Below, in pieces: positions 15,560 through 28,300 of a stretch of 64,000 nt of DNA. Numbering within the stretch: the stretch's first letter is position 1; each line of letters starts with the position of its first letter. The notes below the pieces were generated by a model. It was not told the DNA's origin, did not search any database, and saw nothing but the letters and a program-made list of their open reading frames with translations. Origin of the DNA: Eledone cirrhosa (Eukaryota); assembly GCA_964016885.1 (NCBI GenBank), contig OZ024740.1, positions 323,702,001 through 323,766,000 of the forward strand. Reading direction: 5' to 3'. A program made the translations under genes and the position numbers.

Positions 15560-16197
15560 TTGGATTGGCAGTATCAGTATCAGTACATGCCATGCTTTGC
15601 AGCATAGAGTTACGGCCCTTTATAAATTACGTTCATATCCCACCGAGGTTAACGTTGCCTTTCATCCTTATGGGGTCGATAAAATAAAGTACCAGTAATG
15701 CATTCGGGTAATTGCTGGCCTTGTGCCAAAAGTAAAAACAATTATTATTATATATTTAAAGGCGGTAGAGCGCCGGACACCCTGCTTTGTGACAGAGAGT
15801 TACGGCCCTTTACGTTCTGATTTCAAATCCCGCCGAGATTAACTTTGCCTTTCATCCTTACGGGATAGATTAATAAAATAAAGCACCAGTAATGCACTTG
15901 TGTCGATTTAATCGACTTTCCCCTCCTCCACTGGTTTTGTGCCTAATGTAGAAACTATTATTATATATTTAAGGGCTGTGGGTTGGCGGTATCGTTAGAG
16001 CACCGGACAACATGCTTCGCAGCATATAGATACGGCCCTTTCCCTTTTAATTTCAAATGCCGCCGAGGTGGCCTTTGCCTTTCATCCTTAGGGGTCTATC
16101 AATAAATTAAAGTACCAGTAATGCACTGGATTCGATTTAACCGACTTTCCCCTCCCTCCCCAAAATTGCTGGCCTTGTGCCTAAATCAGAAATCATA
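15560..16197 (+). mobile_element. Three tandem tRNA-derived SINEs
   Basis: Three units with a B-box-like TTCA(A/T)AT(C/G)CC and GCCTTTCATCCTTA core, starting near 15560, 15760 and 15972. Confidence 0.85.
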
Positions 16198-16403
16198 ATA
16201 ATATATTTATTCACTTGTCTTGTCTATGCATGTGTGTGTGTATGTGTTAGTGTGTGCGAGAGATAGAAAAGGAAAGGGAGAGTGAAAGAGAGTGTGTGTA
16301 AGAGAGGGAGAGAGAGAGAGGGAGAGAGAGAGAGAGAGAAAGCGAGAGATAGAGAGATAGAGAGATAGAGAGATAGAGAGAGCGATAGTGTGTGTGTGTG
16401 TGT

Positions 16404-16488
<85 letters not shown>

Positions 16489-16489
16489 G

Positions 16490-16688
16490 CAATCGATATG
16501 ATCTGCGGCCCTTTGCATTCACCCCTGCGGCCCGCACAAAGGTTTTTACAGCGCAACCATGTTTTATTTTCGTAATATAAAATTTAAAAAATTAGTTGTA
16601 ATGTGCGCAATTAGTTGTCGTATGTGGCCCTCAGACCACACATATGTGGCACATGTGGCTCTCGGGGACCCTCAATTTGACATGCCTG
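16490..16688. mobile_element. hAT-type DNA transposon end
   Basis: Ends TTTGACATGCCTG (reverse CAGGCATGTCAAA) with repeated TG(C/T)GGCCC subterminal motifs; partner end not found. Confidence 0.55.
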
Positions 16689-18284
16689 ATCTACTAGATC
16701 ATCTAAAAAGTGTGCTCCAGCATAGCCGCACACGTATGACTGAAATCATGTGTGTCTGCATGATACAAGGGTTTGTGTATACGGAGGTGGGGATGGTGGA
16801 TCGTTTGTGCATACGAGTTGCTCAATGGGTGCCTGTATGTTAGTTTGTCTATGTTTATGCGTGCGCTTATGCGTTTGTGAGTATGCGTGTGCTTGAGAAC
16901 GTGTGTTTGCTTTTCTATTCATTTTTATTTTTATTATGTGTACATTTATGTGTACATTTCTGTATGTGTACATCTGTGTATGTTTATGTGTGTGTGCGTG
17001 TGTTTCTGTATGTGTAAGTTTCTGTGGGTTTGCGTGTTTTTCACTCTGTGTGTTTCTGCATGCTTCTGTGTGAGTGTTTTGTGTGCGTGTGTGTGTATGT
17101 GTGTGTGTGTGTATGTATGTGTATGTGTGTATATGTGCTTCTGTGTGAGTGTTTTGTGTGTATGTGTATGTATATGTGTATGTGTATGTGGGCGTCTGTG
17201 CTTCTGTGTGAGTGTTTTGTGTGTGTGTATATGTATATGTGTATGAGTATCTATGAGGGCATCTGTGCTTCTGGGTGTGTAATTTGTGTGTGTGTGTATA
17301 TGTATGTGTGTATGTGTGTCCGTACGGACAGTTGAGTATGTGATATTTGCCGCGTCTTTTGCTCGACTCAGCAACTTCGTTCTGAGATTTAAAAGTGCTG
17401 AAAATAAAAAATAAAAACTGATATATATGTTGTTTTGTTTTTTTTTTTCGTTTTATTTGTTGGAGTGTTGCTCTTGTTGTTGTTGCTAGCGTATTGTAAA
17501 TGTAGATTTCTCCATAAAAGTGTCGGCTCTTTATTAAATGAAGCTTTATTCAATTTCTGTTGCCAGGAGCATCTAAAATGTCGTAAAGAAACTCCAAGTT
17601 CATCAGAGAATCACAGAAACGTCTGAGACGAGACTTGGTTTGAAGATTAAAGGTCAAACCTGGAGGATATCTGAAGAATTTGGTAAATGTGCTTCTGTCT
17701 CACATTCAGGAATTGTCTACCGTAGATACCTGAAATACCTCACCTTTTCATCGACCATAAAAAATAACTATTTCCGCAAACTTCCCCTACACTTCCGGAA
17801 AAGATAAAAGAGGAAAGTTGGTTTCTGCTAAATGTAAAGACTTTAGTTTAACTTTTCACTCTGCCTGTACTAATGATGCTATGTAGTTTAGCACAGTCTC
17901 TGTGAAGAATTTAGTCTTACGGCATCAATTGTCTTACAGGCGACGAACTGGCAGAGACCTTATAGCTTCGGATTAAATGTCTAGCCGTATGTGCTCTGAC
18001 TGCATGTTTTCCGAGTTCAACACTACCAAGGTGAACCTTGCCTTTCGTCCATTCAAGCGTCAATAAATAAAGAAAATTTTCAGAGGGTGTAAACTGGGTG
18101 AACTGTTAAAGAGACGGACGGAATGCTTTGCAGTAACAGCTTCGCCACTGAGCGTTCGTATCCAGCCTCTTGTCACTGGGAAAGCGATGATACTTATGTC
18201 AGTAGTTGTGATATCGTTTCCTTGTGCGTGATAGCTAACACCTATGCAGGTTTAGCTGGCCTCCTCCAAGATATATCTGGAGGT

Positions 18285-18432
18285 GTCTCATTTCTACAGC
18301 TGAGTAAACTGGAGCAACGTGAAATAATGTGTCTTGCTCAAGGAAACAACACATCACCCGGTCCGAGAATTGAATTCACAACCTTTCGATTGCAAGCCCA
18401 ATGCTCTAACCACTAAACCATGCGCCTTCACT
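18285..18432 (-). mobile_element. tRNA-head CORE-type SINE
   Basis: Reverse: TGGTTTAGTGGTTAGAGC..GAATTCAATTCTC..CCTTGAGCAAGACAC..GTTGCTCCAGTTTACTCAG; second copy at 20150-20460. Confidence 0.7.
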
Positions 18433-18440
18433 TATTCAAA

Positions 18441-18737
18441 TCTGATGATTAGCTCCATTCTTTCGTCAGTAGTTGCGACGGATAGATAGTATCAGCAATG
18501 GAAAAACCAATGGAAACATTGTTCCTTGACCCAATCTGACGATCAGCTCCTTACTTCTACCAGAAGTTGCGACTGAAACATGTTATCAGCAATGTAAAGA
18601 CCAATGAAACAGTTTTCTTGATCTTGTCTGACGACTGGCTCCTACCTAGAGTTGCGGCCTGCAGATAGTATCAGCAATTGAAAGATCAATAGAAACATAG
18701 GTTTCTCGGTCTTGTCTGATGATCAGCTCCTCTCCTT
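18441..18737. repeat. About 90-bp degenerate tandem repeat (3.2 units)
   Basis: Units start TCTGA(T/C)GA..GCTCC; inverted dispersed copy at about 22245-22337. Confidence 0.75.
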
Positions 18738-20149
18738 TCTCCTAAATGTAAAGAATCTTGAGTTGAATACTCAATCTGTCTCTTCTACTAGTGCTGAGTA
18801 GTTTGGTTCTGTCTTAGAAAAGAATCTAGTTCTACGGCATCTATCATATTTCATAGAGTGGCGGAGCTGTAATAGTATCGGATGAAATGCATTGACATAT
18901 TTGTTCTAGACCACTGAGCTCTGATTTCAATTTCTGGCGAGGTTATTTTTTCAGAGTTAGTAAATAAAGTATGAGACCAGGGTAGGTAATAGGCAGATTG
19001 TTATCCAACAGGATAACTTGTAGAATTTCTTCCTATCTTCCGTGAATTAAGTTCAAATCCCATTAATGCCAATATTGTGTTTGATCTCTTTAGCAGAGGA
19101 GAGCAGTGGTAGGTTATATTTTAACATAGAACACACAGAGAGGTAACAATGTACTGGATAGCATTTAGTGGTACACTCAAGAAAATTTCAATCTTGTTTG
19201 CACTTGTGATCTATAAAATGCGGAAATATCCAGTTATATTCTCAATATTGCTGAATAAATCTTTATTAATATAATAATCATATCGAAAGGTAATTATAAT
19301 ATATACTTTAATTATCATACAACATTACAAACAAAACAAATATATATATATATGTATTTTCAATAGAACAATAATATATAACAAACATATATAATAAATA
19401 CATTATACATGCATACATATATATATGCGTGTGTGTGTGTATGTGCGTGTGTGTTTGTGTGTGTATGAGTGTGTACATATTTGTATGTGTATATGACAAA
19501 TCTTTTTGAGTGGTTAATAATTATATCAAATTGCTTTCTAAATTATATCAAATTAGTTATTTAATATATTCTTTTATTTCTAAGTTTAAAAAGTATTCAT
19601 AGCTTCAAAAATGCAACTTTCCAAAATTCAAAAACCCATCTATCTATATATCTATCTATCTATCTGTTTGCCTATCAATCTATCTATCTATCCATCTATT
19701 AACCTATATATCTGTATGTCTATTTTAATTTATATCTGTCTGTTTGTCTATCTAGCAATCTGTTTATTTACTTACCTACTGCCTACATACATCTCTACCC
19801 ACTATCCACCTACCAACCTATCTCTCTCTATCTAACTATCCACCACTCTAAGCAATTCTCTATGCTTCTGCTCACCTATCAATCGATCTATCAACTTGTC
19901 AGTTTAACTACCTATCTTCCTATCTATTAATTTATTTATCTACCTACCTATGTATCTAACTATCTACAAATGCACACACCTGCATAGTTATGAGTAACTA
20001 AAACTGTCATTCGCCTCAACTTAAACATAAAAGATCTATCCAAACCGAAGGTTATCCATGAATACAAACAAATGTAAAATAGTCGATCCGACAATGGGAC
20101 TGATATGCCAGAGTCCTATCATTGGGGAACACCCTCCATACGGTATCGA

Positions 20150-20460
20150 GAAGACCCCCTTCGGTCACGAATGACTATGGGATTTGTACCTAGACAGTTC
20201 CCCTCCGAGGCGCATGTCCGGGCAAGGTTGTTTGTGGAAGACCAGCAGTCTCCCATGCATACCAGCCTCTCTTCTTCACGCCACAGATGTTGTCCAAGGG
20301 AAAGGCTATGGCCGATACAGCTTGGTACCTATGACGTTGCAACTCATATCTACAACTGAGTAAACTAGAGCAACGTGAAATAAGGTGTCTTACTCAAGGA
20401 CACAACGCATCACCAAGTCCGAGAATCGAACTCACGACCTTTCGATTGCAAGCCCAATGG
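20150..20460 (-). mobile_element. tRNA-head CORE-type SINE with 3' tail
   Basis: 20350-20460 matches 18295-18405. Confidence 0.7.
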
Positions 20461-20624
20461 TATCAATACGTAATTAAGACAATTGCCTGAATATAACATA
20501 AACAAATCGTACTTATCTGTTTACCTACTTACTTCTCATTCCACCTACTAGCACGCTATATACATATCTACCTATTGAACTACCTGTTTACATATCTACC
20601 TACCTATCTGCCTGTCTACGTACT

Positions 20625-20790
20625 TAGAGTTACGGTCCTTTACGGTCTGAGTTCAAATCCGTTAACTTTGCCTTTCATCCTTACGGGGTTGATAAAATAA
20701 AGCACCAGTAACGTACTGGGGTTGATTTAATCGACTTTCCCCTCCCCCCAAATTACTGGCCTTGTGTCTATACTAGAAATCACTATTACG
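20625..20790 (+). mobile_element. 5'-truncated tRNA-derived SINE
   Basis: GAGTTCAAATCC and GCCTTTCATCCTTACGGGG core. Confidence 0.8.
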
Positions 20791-21871
20791 AAACTGACAT
20801 TTAGCGTATAAATTAACACTAGCTTATGATGAAAGTTTTTTATTTTTTCTAGATAAACAGCTTAGTATTGTAAAACGAGAGATGGTTTTCAGGCGGTCTG
20901 ATATCAATAGGGTTAACAAGTGAACAAGTGATGTCCAGATTAAGAAATAGTGCAATGAACTTGAAGTCATAAAATTGGTGTTCACAGATCAAATAGAATT
21001 AGTAATTTTGTCGTGCTTTTCAAATAATTCAGAAGTGTTTTAATTTCATTAATAATATTGAATAGAGAACGGGACACTTACAAGGAAGGCCATGCTAGAT
21101 TGACTTTCATAGAGAGACGGAGTTTGAATGAGAAAATACACAGCAACATAGTAACTCTCTAGACATTGCTTTTGTCTAACTTAAGGCACTTTAATCACCA
21201 ACGATTTCTTTGAAGTAATTTTCAAATTTACATATGAATTAGATATTTTAATTTTCTATGACAATGTTGTCTTTACAGTATTTTTTTTCTTTGATTTTGT
21301 TTTTTTAAGTATTTATATATTTTTTGTTTATCTTTTTTAAAAATTATTTTTCATATATTTATTTAATTATTCTCAACACAAACCAAGAAAAAGTTTTTTT
21401 TTTCTCTTTGCAATGCCACAGACCCTTAACACTTGTTGTCGCAGGGGTACCATCCATACGGCTTGTCATGAAGATTTTAAACCCGGCAAAACCCATCTCT
21501 TCTTCTCTGGAAGATTTCTTCCAGAGAATAAAGAGCGAAACAAAATGATAAGAAGATAGAGGATGACAGGCAAAGTTGATCTTGACGGGATTTGAACTCA
21601 GAGTGCAGAGCGATGAAAGAAACACTGAGGTGTTTAATCTGCCCCTTGACGACACTTTAATCTTCAACCGTCTCTTTGAAATAATTTTCTAATTTACATA
21701 TCAATTAAATATTTTGATTTTCTATGACAATGTTATTTTTTACAGTAGTGTCCTTATATCTTTATTTTTTTATAAATATTTTTCTTGTTTGTTTTATTTT
21801 TTTCATATATATATATATATATTCTCAATACAAACCGAGATAAAATTTATTTTTTACAAATGTTAAATATA

Positions 21872-22040
21872 CCGTATTGGCCGGCGTCGAAGAAACTACT
21901 TTTTTCCCTAAAATAAGTTTCAAAAATCTACCATGCGTCCTGGAGGCCAAAGGTTGTTTATTAAATTTTTTCAAACTTTTGGTTGTCAAAATTAGGGTGC
22001 TTCCTCGAGGACGAAGCATCTTCGGCGCCGAGGAAAACGG
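21872..22040. mobile_element. Degenerate Tc1/mariner-like MITE
   Basis: TA|CCGTATTGGCCGGCGTCGAAGA ... TCTTCGGCGCCGAGGAAAACGG|TA imperfect TIRs. Confidence 0.55.
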
Positions 22041-22922
22041 TAATTTATAGAACAGGAGTTGCAAGTTATGTTTTTAGAGATATAGGAAGTTCATCCAACA
22101 AATACTTCACAAAGTTTTACACAGCTTGTTAATGAATACTTTTATAATATGCTTTCTAGATTCAATGACACATATGTAATGGGTCAAATGTTGCTGTAAT
22201 CGTTGATTAAGCATGATCCAGCCCTAATCGAGACATAAAGGTAGCTGATTGTTATATCTGACCAAAGAAACTATGTTTCTGTTCTGTTGGTATTTCCATT
22301 ACTGGTACTATTTTCCAGTCGCAACTTCTGGTAGAAGCATTACTAACATGTACAGACGTCGACCTGGCAAATTCACTAAAATTTCGAATTGAATATCTCT
22401 ATGCATTGAGTTCAAATAATGCCGAGGTGAACTTCACCACAACCGTGGTTTTAATGGTGTACTCTTTCTGTTTGCAATAGTCAACTATAGAGGTGCAGAA
22501 AGCGAGGTATTTTGAAAATACAACAGTTGGGTGGTGAAAGAGTTTGACGGACTATTTAATAAATAAATAATACAGAATTGAACTACAACCAGTGTGTGGA
22601 TTGGTAAAATGATATTGTGGCAGTATTACATATATGATGTATAATCAACAAAAAACACGTCTTTTTTTGTTGTTTTTGCTGCTATAAGGCTCTGTATGGA
22701 TAACAAAGAAATGACACAAATCCGATCCATCGAAGTATAACTGTGATAGGGACATCACCCTTCCCCTCCTATTCGTGATTCCTCATACCACTAAATCCCT
22801 GTGCCAATTGTTTCATTGAACCAAAAATATGCCTGTGTTCTGTAAAAACTCTTCGTTTACATATACATTTGCATTTATACATTTAAATATAAACATTGAT
22901 TATCTTAAACACACACACACGC

Positions 22923-23023
<101 letters not shown>

Positions 23024-23306
23024 ATATCCTAATGTTTGTTGAGTGAGACGGAAGCCGGTCGGAGTATTGCTTAAAGCTTTCTCTGTTAATGTATTAAATA
23101 TATATATATATAAATATATATATTTATATACATTTCTGTATATATATATATGAGAAATGAAATTTCGTTTCATTTTTTCCATTTATCGTTTTCGGTACGC
23201 CCGGCCGATTAACTCACTCGATATGCAAATTAGGCTGCTCAGCCGTTAATATGCATAAGGAAAGTATATACTTTCAGGCGTTCAATCATCTGGCAGGAAG
23301 GTATAC

Positions 23307-23345
23307 GGTGCTGACGATAGCTAATAAGCTTGAAACTAGTACATC
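23307..23345 (+). ncRNA. 39-nt minimal hammerhead in terminally redundant insert 23151-23618
   Basis: GGUG-CUGACGA-U-AGCU aaua AGCU-U-GAAA-CUAG-UA-CAUC; palindromic ACUAGU stem III. Confidence 0.8.
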
Positions 23346-23665
23346 ATTCCTTTGTCAGTGTTGAACAAAGGAGCAATGATGGTTGCTAGACATTGTACGG
23401 CTTAATTCGGGATGTTTGTTTACAAACACACCGAGCATTATAATAAATGTTCGGTGAGTCCATACGTACATATATATATATGTGTGCATGTATGTATATA
23501 TATACATACTACTGTATGTCTGTATACATATATGTATGTACGTATACATACTTATATTTAAGTTTAACAGCCGTACTAAGAGTGAGAAATGAAATTTCAT
23601 TTCATTTTTTCCATTTATATATATATATATATATATATGAATATATATATATATATATATATATA

Positions 23666-23733
<68 letters not shown>

Positions 23734-23757
23734 TATATATATATATATATATATATA

Positions 23758-23801
<44 letters not shown>

Positions 23802-23867
23802 TATATATATATATATGAATATATTTATATATATATATATACATATATATATACATACATATGAATA

Positions 23868-23952
<85 letters not shown>

Positions 23953-24040
23953 GAGACCTTAACGGTTCAAGTTTTACCTGGATAGATGAACCGTTAAGGT
24001 CTCATTCATGGATATGTCAATATTTATAAAACAAACTTTG

Positions 24041-24101
24041 TATTTTATCTGATGAGAGCGTACCAAAGTTTTGGTACCCTTGAAAACTATATAATAGAAT
24101 A
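24041..24101 (+). ncRNA. Minimal hammerhead (divergent family B) in insert 23950-24240
   Basis: UAUUUUAU-CUGAUGA-GAG..UACCAA/UUGGUA..CUU-GAAA-ACUAUA-UA-AUAGAAUA. Confidence 0.7.
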
Positions 24102-24261
24102 AATATGGTTTTATAAATATAGTTTCCATTTATTAATATCATTGATATTATACTCCAGAAACTGTCGAGTGCTTCGAATCTGTTATAAATATATATATTT
24201 GTTGAATCACCAACAAATTAAATATCCTGTTGCTTATATTTATATATATATATATATATAT

Positions 24262-24843
24262 TGAGATGAGCAGAACAAACAAATATTAAACAGTCCTTTA
24301 AATAAATTAAAAAATGATTTAAATATCTACCTGTTCATAATGCTATTACCGGCGGTTTCGCTTTAGATATTCTCCAATCTATGTAGAGAAAACATTCGTT
24401 GTTGCTTACTGCTATTTTTTTAGCAGCAAAGCCAGCAACACGTCTGTAATATTCCCGCTTTCACTAGCGGCCAGTTCACGTGTGAGTCACTTTAACGGCC
24501 ATAACTCATACGAGCTGGTAGTTGGCATTATATTTGCAGGCTGTGGGACTTAGTCCTACAGAGTGGAAATAGCTATCTGATGAACTTTAGTTTTCAGTTA
24601 GAAATTCCCTGAATTTCTAATCTTTTGTAAAGCGAAACCGCCGGTAATAGCATTATGAACAGGTAGATATTTAAATAATGTTTTAATTTATTTAAAGGAT
24701 TGTTTAATATTTGTTTGTTCTGCTCATCTCAGTTTTTATATTTCTGGTATCTCAAATTAGTACCATAGAACAACAATTATATTATAGACACCCTATGTAT
24801 CTCTATGGGTACTTGGTACTCAGAGAGATATTTACCTCATCTT
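24262..24843. mobile_element. Family A element with partial inverted arm and 3' tail
   Basis: 24262-24365 is the reverse complement of 24628-24731; 24465-24731 is homologous to 7509-8035. Confidence 0.85.
24572..24651 (+). ncRNA. Type I hammerhead ribozyme (family A variant)
   Basis: GCUAU-CUGAUGA-A-CUUUA..UUAGAAAUUC/GAAUUUCUAA..UAAAG-C-GAAA-CCGCCGG-UA-AUAGC. Confidence 0.85.
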
Positions 24844-24864
24844 ATATATATATATATATATATA

Positions 24865-27405
24865 TTAGAAAGTGAGGTTTTTTTACAAAATGAAAAATAA
24901 CCGAGGTGTCCAACACGAGTGAAAGTATAAAGAACAAAAAGATGAAATCGAAATGCAACTGGAGTCTTATTTTAAAATATATATATATATTTATTTGGTT
25001 CCTTTACCGGTTTCGCAGTTCTTCTTCTTTTCAAAAGTAGAGTTGAGATGGAGGGTCTGTGGTTTTCTCATATCTGGTTGGTCTTAGAATGTTACTTGTT
25101 TTATATGGAAAAAAAGTGGTTCGAAACGCCAGGTTTTTAGAGAAGTAATTTGATTGGCTGGTCAATAAGTATAATAAATTTCGCGCCAGTTCGCGTTACA
25201 AAGTTCGTCAAACAGGGGGGGGGGCTCAGGTTATTTTTTCATATATGAGTGAAGTTTGGTTGGTTGATGCAGTCACGTGAATAAGTACATCAGCTTTCGC
25301 GCCAGTTTGTTTGAATTTCTTTTTACTTAAAATAGGGGGCTCACGAAGGCTTTTTTTATAAATGTAATTTGATTGGTTATAAATGAAATTATGATTATCA
25401 CGTGAACAAGTTCATTAACTTTCGCGCCCGTATTTGGGAATTTATTTTGTAGCCTTTTAGAGAATTTTATGACAAACAAAAGATAATGGTCAAGAGAAAT
25501 GGGATGGGGGGAATTGTTCTGGTTCAGTGAATATGGAAGATTGTTTTTTCATATATGAGTGAAATCACGTGAATAAGCAGATCAGCTTTCGCGTCAGCTT
25601 GTTTGAATTTCTTTTTACTTTAAAAATAGTGGCTCACGAAAGCTTTTTTTTTAATAAATGTAATTTGATTAGTTATTAATGAAATTATGACTGTCACGTG
25701 AACAAATTCATTAAATTTTGAGCCCGTATTTGGGAATTTATTTTGTAGCCTTTTAGAGAATTTTATGACAAACAAAAGATAATGGTCAAGAGAAATGGGA
25801 TGGGAGAATTGTTCTAGTTCAGTGAATATAGCTGGTTCGCTGGGGTGTCAGAATTCAGACTTTCTATTGAAATAAAGAAAATAAGAGATATGTATCTTTA
25901 TTTGCGTGCTTGTGTGTGTGTGTGTGTGTATATAGGAAGATGATTCTATTAGTAGAAATGGGGGAGGGAGTTGTGTGTGTGTGTATATGGGTGTTATGTG
26001 TGTGTGTGGGAGTATGTTAAGATGGAGAGAATATATATATTTTGTGTGTGTGTATGTTTGTAGGAAAGTGATTCTATTAGTAGAAATGGGGGAGGGAGTT
26101 GTGTGTGTGTGCGGGGGTGGGGTTATGTGTGTGTGTGGGAGTATGGTTAGCATGTTAAGATGAAGAGAATATATATTTTGTGTGTGTGTGTGTGTGTGTA
26201 TGTAGGAAAATGATTCCGTTAGTAGAAATATTTTTGAATGAACATATTTGCCTTATTTATTCGTATTTGTTCTGTTGTATTGTCAGCGCAAACGTATGTT
26301 AAGGTTTATTTAGTTAGGGTTTTTATTTTCTAAAGTAGGTGTTATTTGTGTGTGTGTGTGTCTGTTTGGATGGTTAGCATGTTATGGTGTTTACATAATG
26401 TATATTAAACCATATTTAATGCTGGTCTATATTTTTGAATAAACATATTTTCCTTATTTATTCGTATTTGTTCTGTTGTATTGTCAGCGCAAAGGTAAAA
26501 TGGGAAGACTTGGAATTTGGGTGTCTTATTAGTTGCGCATATGTCTAGATGCGCGCTTAGTGGTATCTGTCTCGTGGTTGGATCTCGTAATTATTGGCGA
26601 TGAACTGTCATTCTGTTTCTGAGTGTGAGTTTAGTTTGTCCTATATAATCGTCATTGCATCCATTACATTTAATGGCATAAATTAGATTTTTTGATGAGC
26701 AAGTGAAGTGATTTTTTATAGCAAAATTTTGTCCTGATTGAAATGTATACGTGTTGCCTTCAATGAGAGCGACCACATTTTTTGACAGTTGGTTGTGGTA
26801 GGTAATTTGGCATTGGTGACTAATGTTTTCAGTGATTTCGGTTGTCTTTTGCTTTTGATTATTTTGTGTTTCAAGGGCTTTTTTTCATTCTTGGGTCTTG
26901 TTTCAATGGTGGGATGTTCTTGTGAATAGTGTTGTAAGCTTCCGCATTTCTTTGGTTGTGTGTTGAGATATATGATAGAATATTGGACGTACCTTGAATT
27001 TGTTTCTGTTTTCGTAATTCCTCAATGCCTATTGCTTTAGCCCTTTCTATTCCATTATTAATAATGGTGGGTACTATCTTTCGAGTAGAATTTCCTTTAA
27101 TTCTTGAAGTCTTTTATTTCGCGTTTCATAATTGGAGACAATTGTGCAAATTCTTCTTGCTAGGTTAAAAGGAATATTCGTCTTCGTGTGCTTTGGATGG
27201 TTGGAGGTGAATAGCAGGTATTGTTTGGAATCTATTGGTTTGTAGTGTATGTCAGTTTCAATATTTGTGTCTTTTTTTAAGATTAAGATGTCCAAAAATA
27301 GGAATTGATCTTGGCTGTATTCCATTGTGAATTGGATGTGGGTATTGATGCCGTTAATTAAATTTTTCAAATCATACAGTTGTTCGAGTGTGTGGGACCA
27401 AAGAA

Positions 27406-27408
<3 letters not shown>
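24865..27408 (-). mobile_element. 5'-truncated Penelope-like retroelement (probably Neptune-type) with long 3' region
   Basis: RT-thumb plus GIY-YIG remnant, internal duplications (25235-25530 vs 25545-25830), decayed hammerhead at 25001-25037, (TA)n at both ends; the 3' boundary is inferred. Confidence 0.7.
26405..27408 (-). pseudogene. PLE reverse transcriptase C-terminus and GIY-YIG endonuclease, with stops and frameshifts
   Basis: IQFTMEYSQDQFLFLDI..TDIHYKPIDSKQYLLFTSNHPKHTKTNIPFNLARRI; FTCSSKNLIYAIKCNGC..YIGQT..LRNRMTVHR; ends ENMFIQKYRPALN. Confidence 0.9.
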
Positions 27409-27441
<33 letters not shown>

Positions 27442-27567
27442 AGAATATTTTCGAAACATGTACGTCAATACTCATCTTTTTCCATTTCTCCGAGGGTTCT
27501 TAACCCCACTATCAGGCTAAATAATTTCTTTAATTTCTTTAGTCAAAATACGGCGATAGCTTACATT

Positions 27568-27652
<85 letters not shown>

Positions 27653-27716
27653 CTAGCATTAAATTAATATATATCCTCAATGCACTGTATTGTTTGGTCC
27701 GTTGTTTTTCGTTTAC

Positions 27717-27780
<64 letters not shown>

Positions 27781-27827
27781 TTTTGTGTGCGTGTGTGCGC
27801 ATGTGTGTGTGTATGTATGTGGTGGGG

Positions 27828-28300
27828 AGCAGCGTGGGTGTGTGATTAAAGAGTTCGCTTGGCACTCACAATTTTGTGTTCACTTCCGCTGTGTAGCCTC
27901 TTCAGCAAGTATCATCTGCTGCAGCCTCGGGTAGACGAATGCCTTGTGGGTGAAATTGGGCAGACGGAAATTGCAGCAGAAGCCCAATATGTGTGTATGT
28001 GTGTGTGTATGTATGTGTGTGCCTGTGCGTGTGTGTGTATGTATGTGTGTGCCTGTGTGTGTGTGTGTGTGTGTGTATGTGTGTATGTGTGTATGTGTGT
28101 GTGTGTGTGCAACTGTGTCTGTGTATATATCCCATGACTTAGTGGTTCGATAAAATGAGATCGATATAATTAATAAGTACAAGATTAAAAAGATACTAAA
28201 AGAACAATAAGAACTGTCGGCGATATATTTGACTAAATCCCATAATATCAGTACCCCAGCATGTCCGTGGTGTAATGACTGAAACCAGTAAAAGAATAAA
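27828..28300 (+). mobile_element. Degenerate tRNA/CORE-type SINE with internal (GT)n and 3' tail
   Basis: GCAAGT..AGCCTCGGG..GCCTTGTGGGTG..AGACGGAAA..AGAAGCCC, tail CCCCAGCATG..AATGACTGAAAC..GTAAAAGAATAAA; resembles octopus SINEs as I recall them; inverted remnant near 54005-54070. Confidence 0.6.

Noticed and set aside
17567-17682. Possible exon (TTGCCAG acceptor, GTAAAT donor) and a minus-strand CTGATGA near 17600
   Set aside because: No recognisable protein and no partner exons; hammerhead stems do not form
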